IMG/VR virus record: IMGVR_UViG_3300048121_000547
Span: 1 to 56,049 of that record
Strand: one strand, 5' to 3'
Source: a virus
Taxonomy: Duplodnaviria; Caudoviricetes
DNA length: 56,049 bases
Both the position numbers and the translations under genes were made by a program. Positions 38,700-46,667 of the stretch are shown here, piece by piece. The stretch's first letter is position 1; each line of letters starts with the position of its first letter. The notes under the pieces are model-generated. The model was not told the DNA's origin and did no database searches. It saw only the letters and a list, made by a program, of their open reading frames with translations.

Positions 38700-39089
38700 A
38701 TGGGACTTGATATGTTTCTAATGGGTGAGAAATTCATCCCCACGCATGACAATAAACACACGCGGCCTACCGTCGATGGATACAAAGTGTCCAGCACAAT
38801 TCTCGATTTGGGACAGTGGCGCAAGCATTGGGCTCTGCATGAGTGCATCGAACAAGATTACGTTAAGTCTGGCGGGCGCATTTTGCTAGAGCCGGAGTTC
38901 CTGCTTGAAATTGCTGACGCAGTTAAGCAAGGTAATTTGCCCGAAGCAAACTATTCACCCCAAACAGACGCCTTTCACAAAGAACCGAAAGAGGTTGCAA
39001 AGACCGTAAAGATTTTTCGCGATGCTTACGATTGGGTCAACCGAGAAGACGGCTTTTGGCGCAGCGTTTATTATGAAGGAAGCTGGTAA
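38700..39089 (+). CDS. Hypothetical early protein
   Basis: MGLDM..WRKHWALH..YYEGSW; ATG 38700 fits the GGAG RBS (alternative start 38694). Confidence 0.75.
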   Translation: MGLDMFLMGEKFIPTHDNKHTRPTVDGYKVSSTILDLGQWRKHWALHECIEQDYVKSGGRILLEPEFLLEIADAVKQGNLPEANYSPQTDAFHKEPKEVAKTVKIFRDAYDWVNREDGFWRSVYYEGSW

Positions 39090-39274
39090 TGACCCTCGTC
39101 GTAACACACTGCCCCGAATGCAAAGTAAAAATGCAAGCCGTAGATAGTAGAGAGCACACGGCCTACGGCTTTCCAACCGTGCGCCGCCGCCGTGCATGTA
39201 TGAAATGCTCTTTCAGAATAACAACAATAGAGCTGCCTATCGATTTAGGTAACTCCATTTTTGAGGAAGAATAA
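39089..39274 (+). CDS. NrdR N-terminal-like zinc-ribbon protein
   Basis: CPEC..VDSR..VRRRRACMKC..RITT.E. Confidence 0.75.
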   Translation: MTLVVTHCPECKVKMQAVDSREHTAYGFPTVRRRRACMKCSFRITTIELPIDLGNSIFEEE

Positions 39275-40362
39275 TGAGCGACATCACAAAAGTCACAGGC
39301 ATTAAAGGCGCTACCGTTGCAGAGCAAATTAACTTGCAAAACTCCATGCGGCCTCATCCTCAGATGAGCGGTCGGGGGCACGGTAGGCTTGGAAAGCGCC
39401 ACTTTCCGATCAAAGAAGGTAAAAAGATAAAGAAGCTAAAGTCCGCCCCTAAAAAAGCAGACTTTCGATACATGGTGCAGGATGTTGTCCGGCAGTGTCG
39501 AAGCGCCCCGGAAAAAGATGTCTTTGGTATCGAAAATAATACGTTGGGCACAGGTTTAAAATTCGGGTGGAGCTCATATGACTTCGCGCAGTCTTTAGTG
39601 TCTCAATATCAATACTTTGATTGCAGCCTGCTGTGTTCCTACATTCGAAGCAACTTAGACGAAATGTTTCCATTGTTTGAAACGCCGCCAACTCAGGATG
39701 TAATTTTACCATCTACAGAAGTCGGGCTGTACTTTAAAGACATCAATGACTTTGAAGCCGACGAATTCCATGTCTACAAATGGACAGAAGAATTTGACGA
39801 AAAAGAAGTAATGTTTCTGTGTAATATGATTGCTCCAGACAACCCTCGGAAATTCTATGTCGTGCTTTTAGAACGATACTCGGAGAACGCTAATTTTCTT
39901 GGAACGGTGGACAGCGAAAAAGGTGAAATCCAGTTAGCTCCACTTTGGATGGATCAAGACCATAAAATAGTAACGTATGAAACGTTTTTGAGAATTGTTT
40001 GTGCAGCGTTGGACACACTAAACCAACCGCGGCTCGTGGTTCAAAAGCCCATGCCGTTAAACTTTCTTCAAAAGCAGGGCTTTCGTAAATCGACAGGGTC
40101 TTTCGCTCCAGAAGCGTGGAACATGGTTTCTTGGAACGTAGAAGAACCCGTCGTAGCGCGGACATATGACGAGGGAAGAGGTGGGCGGCAAGCCCTTCAC
40201 TTTCGCCGAGGCCACTGGAGAAAAGCTGAAGAGCATCACAAGAACGCTCAATGGAGCGAAAAACGAAACCGTTGGGAAAAGTGGATAGCAGGCTACACCG
40301 CCGGAGACACCGCTTTCGGCGTGAAAAAGAATTACCATTTACCAAGAAAGGAAGACACATGA
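39274..40362 (+). CDS. Hypothetical protein with HFRRGHWR motif
   Basis: 362 aa; C-terminal H.RRGHWR..W...Y..G motif common in phage proteins. Confidence 0.75.
   Translation: MSDITKVTGIKGATVAEQINLQNSMRPHPQMSGRGHGRLGKRHFPIKEGKKIKKLKSAPKKADFRYMVQDVVRQCRSAPEKDVFGIENNTLGTGLKFGWSSYDFAQSLVSQYQYFDCSLLCSYIRSNLDEMFPLFETPPTQDVILPSTEVGLYFKDINDFEADEFHVYKWTEEFDEKEVMFLCNMIAPDNPRKFYVVLLERYSENANFLGTVDSEKGEIQLAPLWMDQDHKIVTYETFLRIVCAALDTLNQPRLVVQKPMPLNFLQKQGFRKSTGSFAPEAWNMVSWNVEEPVVARTYDEGRGGRQALHFRRGHWRKAEEHHKNAQWSEKRNRWEKWIAGYTAGDTAFGVKKNYHLPRKEDT
39392..39413 (+). repeat. 22-bp inverted repeat, copy 1 (partner 40828-40849)
   Basis: GAAAGCGCCACTTTCCGATCAA is the exact reverse complement of 40828-40849. Confidence 0.9.
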
Positions 40363-40565
40363 TCGATGACAGAGTGTGTATTTACTATATGATAGACCGT
40401 ATCGAAGGAATTAAATCCGACGATGGACTGATAGACCTGAGAGACGAATTGCTTCGGAACCTCGGCGTCAATGCTAGACATAAACACAAAAATCCCGACG
40501 CGCTGGTCGCGGACCTCCCGCCTATAAAACCAGCCAAAAAAGGAAGACCTCGTAAAAATGGATAA
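40359..40565 (+). CDS. Hypothetical protein with AT-hook-like tail (KKGRPRK)
   Basis: Start reassigned to ATG 40359 (AAGGAAG RBS, ATGA overlap). Confidence 0.7.
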   Translation: MIDDRVCIYYMIDRIEGIKSDDGLIDLRDELLRNLGVNARHKHKNPDALVADLPPIKPAKKGRPRKNG

Positions 40566-40653
40566 AATCGAACTGGCCGGATTAGTAGGCTTTATTGTAG
40601 GTTTAACGGTGGGAGCCGTACTCTCAGGAATAATTATAGGAGTGCTATTATGA
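40558..40653 (+). CDS. 31-aa single-TM peptide, not in the ORF track
   Basis: MDKIELAGLVGFIVGLTVGAVLSGIIIGVLL with GxxxG motifs. Confidence 0.6.
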   Translation: MDKIELAGLVGFIVGLTVGAVLSGIIIGVLL

Positions 40654-40814
40654 GTAGAGAAGACATGGATTATGCTTTAGATCAGGCCTTTAAAGCGGTG
40701 TTCGGCAAAATGCCGCCAAGCGGAACAGAACTGCGCCGCCAAGAAATAGAAAAAAGAGTGCTGGCTAAAAAAGAAATATCTTTCGAAGACATGAACTTTA
40801 TATTTGAAGGATAA
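40650..40814 (+). CDS. 54-aa hypothetical protein, not in the ORF track
   Basis: AGGAG RBS, ATGA overlap; MSREDMDYALDQAFKAVFG... Confidence 0.65.
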   Translation: MSREDMDYALDQAFKAVFGKMPPSGTELRRQEIEKRVLAKKEISFEDMNFIFEG

Positions 40815-40818
40815 AAAT

Positions 40819-40899
40819 GAGGCCAGCTTGATCGGAAAGTGGCGCTTTCTGGTAGTGCTCAACCAACAAACAACAGTGGTTAAAATTACAGCTGGCCTC
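40819..40899 (+). ncRNA. Putative three-way-junction antisense RNA
   Basis: GAGGCCAGCT/AGCTGGCCTC closing stem, two internal hairpins, 22-nt complement to 39392-39413. Confidence 0.6.
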
Positions 40900-40936
40900 T
40901 AAAATAACTTAAATCAAAAACAAAAGGTGCGCAACG

Positions 40937-41125
40937 ATGTTAGACTTAGAAAAGACCGTGAAAGACATTTTAGAAGTCTGCCCGCCAGACCTGTCCGGTC
41001 CAGACATCGCAGTCATAATAGCCAATATCGTATCCGCATATAATTCCGAAAGAATATGGCCCCTCGTGTCAGAAATGGCTGGGGCCTTTCTATATGAAGA
41101 AATCGACAAACAAAAAATGCACTGA
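40937..41125 (+). CDS. Hypothetical protein
   Basis: 62 aa, AAGGT RBS. Confidence 0.65.
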   Translation: MLDLEKTVKDILEVCPPDLSGPDIAVIIANIVSAYNSERIWPLVSEMAGAFLYEEIDKQKMH

Positions 41126-41136
41126 GGGAAAGCAAC

Positions 41137-41340
41137 ATGGATGACGATAAACTAAACTCGTTCCAACAAAACGAACTGAAATGGCTCAGACGCCAAGTCG
41201 ATAGACTGCAAGACGAAAAATATAAAACCGATAACGAGCAATATACCCGACGACTGAATATCGAACGAGAGCTATGGTCCGCTAAAGAAGAACTAAGCAC
41301 CTTCGTCAAAAATCTACGAAAAGCCGGAAAACAAATATGA
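41137..41340 (+). CDS. Hypothetical coiled-coil protein
   Basis: 67 aa, GAGGGA RBS. Confidence 0.7.
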   Translation: MDDDKLNSFQQNELKWLRRQVDRLQDEKYKTDNEQYTRRLNIERELWSAKEELSTFVKNLRKAGKQI

Positions 41341-41570
41341 TACTCGACATATCTCTACATGCCCTCGCAAAAATGACCTTCGAAGAAGCACTGAAAACCA
41401 CGCGATATGGAGACACAATAATATACCATGTCGGATCATACGCAGGCGGTAAACATAAATTCGCGGCCCTCCAAGCTGCAAGAAATGGCCTCGTCTCGCT
41501 GGTGCAAAAACGTAAAGGAAAAGGCCTGTTCGAGTACACAGCACAACGAACTAAAAAAAGGGTAAGTTGA
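41337..41570 (+). CDS. Hypothetical protein
   Basis: 77 aa, GD.IIYH.G...GLV.LVQKR..FEY.A.R. Confidence 0.7.
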   Translation: MILDISLHALAKMTFEEALKTTRYGDTIIYHVGSYAGGKHKFAALQAARNGLVSLVQKRKGKGLFEYTAQRTKKRVS

Positions 41571-41648
41571 CTTTCTCCCATATTTGTGTTAAGATGGTTT
41601 TGAGGGTTAGGACAACTCTCAAACGCTTTTTGACAATTTGGAGAATGT
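41567..41648 (+). promoter_or_regulatory. Early promoter + 5' stem-loop + TTGGAGAATGT RBS
   Basis: TTGACT-17-TAAGAT; TCCCATA 41576; hairpin 41599-41623; motif 41638-41648. Confidence 0.75.
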
Positions 41649-41651
41649 ACT

Positions 41652-41882
41652 ATGAAGTATAAAGCTATGGTAAACCCAATGGGGGGAACTTGCTGGGCAA
41701 TCGCTAAAACCAAAGGCGAAGCCATGAGGATGCTGAAAGGTGAACTCAAAAGAAGCTGGTCACACCTGTTCGATATCAAAGGATGGCTTAAATCAGGAGA
41801 AGCAACCTGCGATATATACGAGGATGCCGGAACCGATAGCCATAACGATGATAAATACATCGAAACAGTCCCGTTGATATAA
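41652..41882 (+). CDS. Hypothetical early protein
   Basis: 76 aa behind a dedicated promoter and RBS. Confidence 0.75.
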   Translation: MKYKAMVNPMGGTCWAIAKTKGEAMRMLKGELKRSWSHLFDIKGWLKSGEATCDIYEDAGTDSHNDDKYIETVPLI

Positions 41883-41977
41883 TGTACGGCCAAACACTAA
41901 GAGAATACGTTATGGCTATGCACCAGTTCGATATCGTCTGGATGCCTAAACATAAAGATCAAGAACCACCGTTCTGA
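41882..41977 (+). CDS. 31-aa peptide ending EPPF, not in the ORF track
   Basis: TAATG coupling; MYGQTLREYVMAMHQFDIVWMPKHKDQEPPF; ends just before a terminator. Confidence 0.55.
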   Translation: MYGQTLREYVMAMHQFDIVWMPKHKDQEPPF

Positions 41978-41981
41978 AAAT

Positions 41982-42016
41982 AAGGCCCTGCGCTAAATGC
42001 GTGGGGCCTTTGGTTT
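41982..42016 (+). terminator. Terminator
   Basis: AAGGCCCTGCGC/GCGTGGGGCCTT 12-bp stem. Confidence 0.7.
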
Positions 42017-42067
42017 GGGGAGCATGGATCGAAGAGCGGGGATCGCGGGCCGCGGAACTTAAATTAC

Positions 42068-42310
42068 GCGGTTATAGTATATAGGCCAGAAAAAAAAAAA
42101 AAAAAAAAAACTGTTTTCAAGCCGTAACCACCGTAACTTATGTAACTTGGCATTTAACAGTATATATATAAAGAATAAATTTGGTTACATAAGTGGTTAC
42201 ACAGAGAAAGTACAAATATGTAACCAGAAAGATCGATATTGCGTTAAGGGGGGCGGGGGAAATTTTTTATAAAAAGTTTTTTCTGGCCTATATAACTGTA
42301 GCGGTTATAT
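42068..42310. other. Putative replication origin (or genome-end site)
   Basis: 18-bp flanking inverted repeat, A21 tract, convergent GTAAC/GTTAC iterons around an AT-rich core. Confidence 0.6.
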
Positions 42311-42346
42311 AAGGGATTTATCTGATAGTTAATTAATGAGGATAGC

Positions 42347-42988
42347 ATGACCAAAGCGAAACGAGGTCGCCCTGTTAAGAAAACCAAATATGGAAGCATC
42401 CCTTCCCCACTTTTGATAAAAGAGCGCGCAGTGCCAAAACATAACAAACTGGTCGATCCTGACAGTCCCCGCAGTGACCCCCGGGGTCAGAAGAGAATGA
42501 CGGTTGATAAACGCCTGACCCGAAAGCAAGAGCTTTTTGTAAAAGAGCTTGTAAGCAATGACGGCCTGATAACTTTCAAAGAGGCTGCAATCCGCGCGGG
42601 CTATCCAGAAACATCCGCTCATACCCGAGCCTATGAATTGACCAACCCACATAAGTGTCCACATGTAGTCGCAGCTATCAAAGCTTACCGGGCCGAGCTC
42701 GACGCTAAGTTTGACATAAACTATGGCCGTCATATTAGAGACCTTCAGAAAATTCGCGATCTGGCTTTGGAAAACGGTGCTTACTCTGCCGCTGTTCAAG
42801 CTGAGTATCGGAGGGGTCAAGCCCAAGGCGACATCTATGTGAGCAAGTCAGAGATACGCCACGGCAGTATCGACAGCATGAGCAAAGAGGAAGTTCTGAA
42901 AGCGTTGAATGAATTGAAGGGCGGATATGACGAAGACGTTATCGATATTACCCCAACAGAAGATGACCAACGAAGCGGGCCTGTATAG
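42347..42988 (+). CDS. terS: Terminase small subunit
   Basis: LTRKQELFVKE...EAAIRAGY..SA...A.EL HTH motif; AAVQAE..RG. Confidence 0.85.
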   Translation: MTKAKRGRPVKKTKYGSIPSPLLIKERAVPKHNKLVDPDSPRSDPRGQKRMTVDKRLTRKQELFVKELVSNDGLITFKEAAIRAGYPETSAHTRAYELTNPHKCPHVVAAIKAYRAELDAKFDINYGRHIRDLQKIRDLALENGAYSAAVQAEYRRGQAQGDIYVSKSEIRHGSIDSMSKEEVLKALNELKGGYDEDVIDITPTEDDQRSGPV

Positions 42989-43364
42989 GCAGTTTAAGAC
43001 CGCTAACAAATCGCGTCGCAATTGGACACTGACTCGGATAGAGAACTGGGTCGGCCAAGGAATCCCGGATCTTCTGGCCTGTGATGAGAACGGTGGATTG
43101 CACTTTGTAGAGTTAAAGTTTTGTAAGGCTAACGCGGTTAATTTAAGCCCGCATCAAGTTGCGTGGCTCACAAGGCATCAAAAGAGCAGTAGTTGGGTTT
43201 TAATTAAGCAACAGGCCCGAGCAGACGTTAAGCCCACCCTGCACCTTTACAGGGCGTCTCAGGCTATATCCCTTGCAGAGGATGGTTTGAAAACTTCCGC
43301 AGCTGGTACGTTCGAACACCCTTTTGATTGGAACGCTGTTTTTCAGTTGATCTCTCCCATATAA
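42963..43364 (+). CDS. PD-(D/E)XK nuclease (VRR-NUC / Holliday-junction resolvase-like)
   Basis: RIEN..GQGIPDL...FVELK...LSPHQVAW; alternative start 42927. Confidence 0.8.
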   Translation: MTNEAGLYRQFKTANKSRRNWTLTRIENWVGQGIPDLLACDENGGLHFVELKFCKANAVNLSPHQVAWLTRHQKSSSWVLIKQQARADVKPTLHLYRASQAISLAEDGLKTSAAGTFEHPFDWNAVFQLISPI

Positions 43365-43400
43365 TCCCATATGCTTATATGGCGTAAACTAATTGGAGAA
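43347..43400 (+). promoter_or_regulatory. Early promoter with tandem TCCCATA boxes and ATTGGAGAA RBS
   Basis: TTGATC-17-TATGCT; boxes at 43355 and 43365. Confidence 0.65.
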
Positions 43401-43404
43401 GGTT

Positions 43405-43554
43405 ATGACCGATAAGAAAGAACAAACCCCTGCCCAAAAAATCCGCCACCAGTTGAGCGTGTTTCAAATGATGATGCTGGCTGGCCGTGATGAGGCGGCG
43501 ATAAAATGTTTAAAAAACCTGTATCAAATAGCCGATGATTTGGAGGCCGCGTGA
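43405..43554 (+). CDS. 49-aa hypothetical protein, not in the ORF track
   Basis: GGAG RBS; MTDKKEQTPAQKIRHQLSVFQMMMLAG... Confidence 0.65.
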   Translation: MTDKKEQTPAQKIRHQLSVFQMMMLAGRDEAAIKCLKNLYQIADDLEAA

Positions 43555-43760
43555 TGAACATAACTTGCAGCAGAAAACTAAGCTTGGATGAAATAGAAGA
43601 ACTGGCGGGCATTGCAAAATTAATGGATCGGCAAAATTTAATAAAAGATTGGACCGGGGATGGTATGCTGTACAAAACCACTGGCGGTAACTTTCATTTT
43701 ATAGATCAGGATAAATTGCACGTTAACGGGAAAGGGGGCCGCAAAAATGTTTCTGTTTAG
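43554..43760 (+). CDS. Hypothetical protein
   Basis: GGAGG RBS, coupled ORF of 68-69 aa. Confidence 0.65.
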   Translation: MNITCSRKLSLDEIEELAGIAKLMDRQNLIKDWTGDGMLYKTTGGNFHFIDQDKLHVNGKGGRKNVSV

Positions 43761-43845
43761 TTTTCTGGGGCGGCTAATCTATGGCAAGGATTATGACAAG
43801 CTAAGTCGCAGGGCCAGCAAACCCCGGCGCAAAAGGCGGCGATAA
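43747..43845 (+). CDS. 32-aa hydrophobic + Arg-rich peptide, not in the ORF track
   Basis: MFLFSFLGRLIYGKDYDKLSRRASKPRRKRRR; AAGGGG RBS. Confidence 0.55.
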   Translation: MFLFSFLGRLIYGKDYDKLSRRASKPRRKRRR

Positions 43846-43937
43846 ACTTTCTAAAGTTTTTGCTTGCAGTCTATGCGACAATATGCGAGAAAGAGGGCGG
43901 GGCTATCCTGCCCTTTTACTTTTGGAGAATGTAAAAC

Positions 43938-45068
43938 ATGACACATAATATTGAAAACAGCAAAAACACCCTGACCGCACTTATGATGAAAGTGCAGGAC
44001 CAAGCCGCAAGATCGGCGGATTATCTGGCCCCAACAAACGATTTGCAAAAAACCACCACTTTGGATGGCAAACCCCAGATTGTTATTGAGGCCAACCGGG
44101 GTGTGCCGACAAAACGTTTTGACATAAACGATACAGCCTTTGGTCAAATCGCTACACATGCCGGGATCGACACCCGTACAGCCCGCCGTTTGCAGTCTAA
44201 TTATCCCCGGGAATTCGACAATTTGACCAACGCTATCTGGCAAAAAGAACCGACCCGCCGCATGATCCGCACCCATGCCGATGATCGGTTTGATACTGAC
44301 GGCACTGCGCGGGCTTTTGTTTCTGACAAATTCAAAACTTTTGATAACGTCAATTTGCTTGAAGCCTGCCTTCCCCAGCTGATCGATAACCCGGCACAGT
44401 TTCAAGTTGTGTCCGCCGATGTTTCAGAAAAGCGGATGTACCTACGTTTAAAATCTTTGGAGCAATTGGGCACTGGTGCTAATGTCGGCGACCACATGGC
44501 AAACGGGATTGGTTTTGGCAATTCCGAAGTCGGCGCGGGATCAGTTACTGTTTATCAAATCGCTTGGACGCTGGCTTGCTTGAACGGGATGCAAACCCAA
44601 AACAAAACCCGGTCAAGCCACATCACATCCGCCCGCGATGGCGACGATTGGGGCCTTTTGTCCGATGATGCAAAAAATGCGGACAATCGGGCTTTGGAAT
44701 TGAAGCTGCGCGATTTGGTTGGGCACTATTCAAGCCGCGAAACTTTTGACGATATATGCCAGCAAATGCGCGCCGCAGCTGCGGATGTGATCGAAGGCGA
44801 GGCCACCGATGTGACCGACGTTGTCAACAATCTGGGCCGCGTCATGCAGCTGACCAAAAAAGAAAACAGCGACGTTCTAAATGGCTTGATGGCAACAATC
44901 GGTCAGGCTGGCTATGAAAACAGCCGCCCGCTTTCCCGTGCAACACTTGTGAACGCCGTGACCGCGGTATCACACCGTGCCGATATTGATGATGTTGACA
45001 CATGGCAGCAACGCGGCGGGCAGCTGCTCAATATGTCCGCCCGCGATTGGCAGCGCGTCGCCGCCTAA
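43938..45068 (+). CDS. DUF932-like protein
   Basis: 376 aa; NSEVGAGS...LACLNGM..H motif; own promoter, hairpin, RBS and terminator. Confidence 0.7.
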   Translation: MTHNIENSKNTLTALMMKVQDQAARSADYLAPTNDLQKTTTLDGKPQIVIEANRGVPTKRFDINDTAFGQIATHAGIDTRTARRLQSNYPREFDNLTNAIWQKEPTRRMIRTHADDRFDTDGTARAFVSDKFKTFDNVNLLEACLPQLIDNPAQFQVVSADVSEKRMYLRLKSLEQLGTGANVGDHMANGIGFGNSEVGAGSVTVYQIAWTLACLNGMQTQNKTRSSHITSARDGDDWGLLSDDAKNADNRALELKLRDLVGHYSSRETFDDICQQMRAAAADVIEGEATDVTDVVNNLGRVMQLTKKENSDVLNGLMATIGQAGYENSRPLSRATLVNAVTAVSHRADIDDVDTWQQRGGQLLNMSARDWQRVAA

Positions 45069-45093
45069 TCCCTGCAATATATACCGCCCAACT

Positions 45094-45120
45094 GGCCCGC
45101 CTTAGAGCGGGCCTTTTTTT
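45094..45120 (+). terminator. Terminator (GGCCCGC family)
   Basis: GGCCCGC-CTTAGA-GCGGGCC-T7. Confidence 0.9.
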
Positions 45121-45203
45121 GTTTGATCTTTATAAATTTATATGCGAGAAATCTTATATCGGGCGGCTACCGTCCGACAACTTTACATTTTGGAGAATGT
45201 ACC

Positions 45204-45632
45204 ATGACACACCCAATCGAAAATATGCCTATTACACGCGGCAACTTTGTTGATGCTTTGGTGGTTGATAAAGACCAAGCGCAGGCGGATTTGGCCGCTG
45301 CTCAAAAAGCGGCAATGGACCTTATCGCAGAACGTGATCGGTTGCAGGCTGAACTGGCCGACGCTAATCGTTTTAAAGAGGGCTTTGCTAATTTGTTTGC
45401 CGATCAAATCGACGCCGCTGTAAAATCCGCCATGGTCGATTATGAAAGCGATTTTGATATTAGCGTCTATGAAAGCGAAATTCAGGAAATGGCCCGCGAT
45501 GGTTTTGATGCCAGCGACCACAGCGACGATATAGCCGACGCGGTTGGCTTTGATATGTACGATTACAAGTCTGAGGTGGCCGACATTGTTAGCGATATTT
45601 TGCGCGACGCTACGGTTAAATTGGAGGTTTAA
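45204..45632 (+). CDS. Acidic coiled-coil early protein
   Basis: Start reassigned to ATG 45204 after TTGGAGAATGT; three FD(I/A/M)xD/xY repeats; very acidic C-terminal half. Confidence 0.75.
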   Translation: MTHPIENMPITRGNFVDALVVDKDQAQADLAAAQKAAMDLIAERDRLQAELADANRFKEGFANLFADQIDAAVKSAMVDYESDFDISVYESEIQEMARDGFDASDHSDDIADAVGFDMYDYKSEVADIVSDILRDATVKLEV

Positions 45633-45634
45633 AG

Positions 45635-45829
45635 ATGCGGCTTACTAAACCACAGGCCCAAACCTTGCACCGCAAGTGGATCGACGGCCAGCACGAGCAC
45701 GGTAGCACCCGCGACATTTCTTTTCTGGCCTTTCGTCGGACTGTTGAGCCGACATACGATGAGAGCGTCATGGTCAAATGGTGCGGAATGTATATTGGGA
45801 TTGAAGCGGACGGCTACCCCCACAGCTAA
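45635..45829 (+). CDS. Hypothetical protein
   Basis: 64 aa, W.GM.IGIE.DGY.HS motif, GGAGG RBS. Confidence 0.75.
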   Translation: MRLTKPQAQTLHRKWIDGQHEHGSTRDISFLAFRRTVEPTYDESVMVKWCGMYIGIEADGYPHS

Positions 45830-45850
45830 AAACTTCTAAAAATTAAGATT

Positions 45851-45880
45851 GGCCCGCCCTATTGATTGGCGGGCCTTTTT
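45851..45880 (+). terminator. Terminator (GGCCCGC family)
   Basis: GGCCCGCC...GGCGGGCC-T5. Confidence 0.85.
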
Positions 45881-45923
45881 CGTTTTATAATATGGGATAA
45901 ACCGCATATATTGGAGAATGCAA

Positions 45924-46640
45924 ATGTTAAAGACTGTTGAAACAAGCCGCGCCCAAAAGACCAAAGGTCTGGCCGTAACCTATCGCGCCGGGTCGCAAGA
46001 GAAATTCGGCACTTGCCCGGCCAGCTGCGAATTAAACCCGTCTGGCTGTGGCGCGTCAAAGGTCGATCTGGACTATTTAAACGCGCTTTCGGATGCCGTC
46101 CCAACTAAGGGGATCGCCTTTACCTATTCCCACTTTGCGCCGATCCATTGGTTCAAGAAAAACGGGCCGGGTAAAACTGTCATAAATTACTCGTGCAAAA
46201 CTATTGCCCAAGCCGCGATTTATGTCAGCCGCAAAACCCGCGCCCTAAATGTTCCCGTTGTGGTTACTGTCGCGCTTGATTTTTGGAGCGGCCGCAAAAC
46301 TGTTGATAGTGACGGCGCGCGGTTCGTTAGATGCCCGGCCGAATATCTGCCCAAGTTTGGTTGCGCCCAATGCGGCAATGGCGACCCACTTTGCGCCCGC
46401 TTAGACCGCGATTATGTAATTGGATTTACAGCGCACGGGATCCACAAAAAGAAAGCCGCCAATCCTGACGACCCCGGCGGATGCTATGCCAGCAGCGGCC
46501 ATGTGGTCCTGCATTGGGAAGCCACGGCCGATCAAGCGCAGGATGAGAGGGACGCGGACAAGGTGACCCGGTTTGCTAAAAGCTTAGCCCCCCGCACGAT
46601 ATTGCGCCACCATATCGCCGGGGATATTGGCGACGATTAA
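45924..46640 (+). CDS. Cys-rich gp88/DUF7227-like protein (possible Fe-S)
   Basis: TCPASC..C, FTYSH, CPA..CAQC..LC..R..IGF.AHG, CYA..HW, LRHHIAGD; alternative start 45918. Confidence 0.65.
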   Translation: MLKTVETSRAQKTKGLAVTYRAGSQEKFGTCPASCELNPSGCGASKVDLDYLNALSDAVPTKGIAFTYSHFAPIHWFKKNGPGKTVINYSCKTIAQAAIYVSRKTRALNVPVVVTVALDFWSGRKTVDSDGARFVRCPAEYLPKFGCAQCGNGDPLCARLDRDYVIGFTAHGIHKKKAANPDDPGGCYASSGHVVLHWEATADQAQDERDADKVTRFAKSLAPRTILRHHIAGDIGDD

Positions 46641-46667
46641 AACCGCGACCCCATCAATTGACGATCT

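Noticed and set aside
40677-40862. Minus-strand ORF sharing KRHFPIK with CDS 39274
   Set aside because: The identity only reflects the 22-bp inverted repeat; the ORF is antisense to a coupled + gene and has no RBS
40819-40899. tRNA or hammerhead ribozyme
   Set aside because: No TTCRA T-loop, anticodon arm or CCA, and no CTGANGA/GAAA core in the correct arrangement
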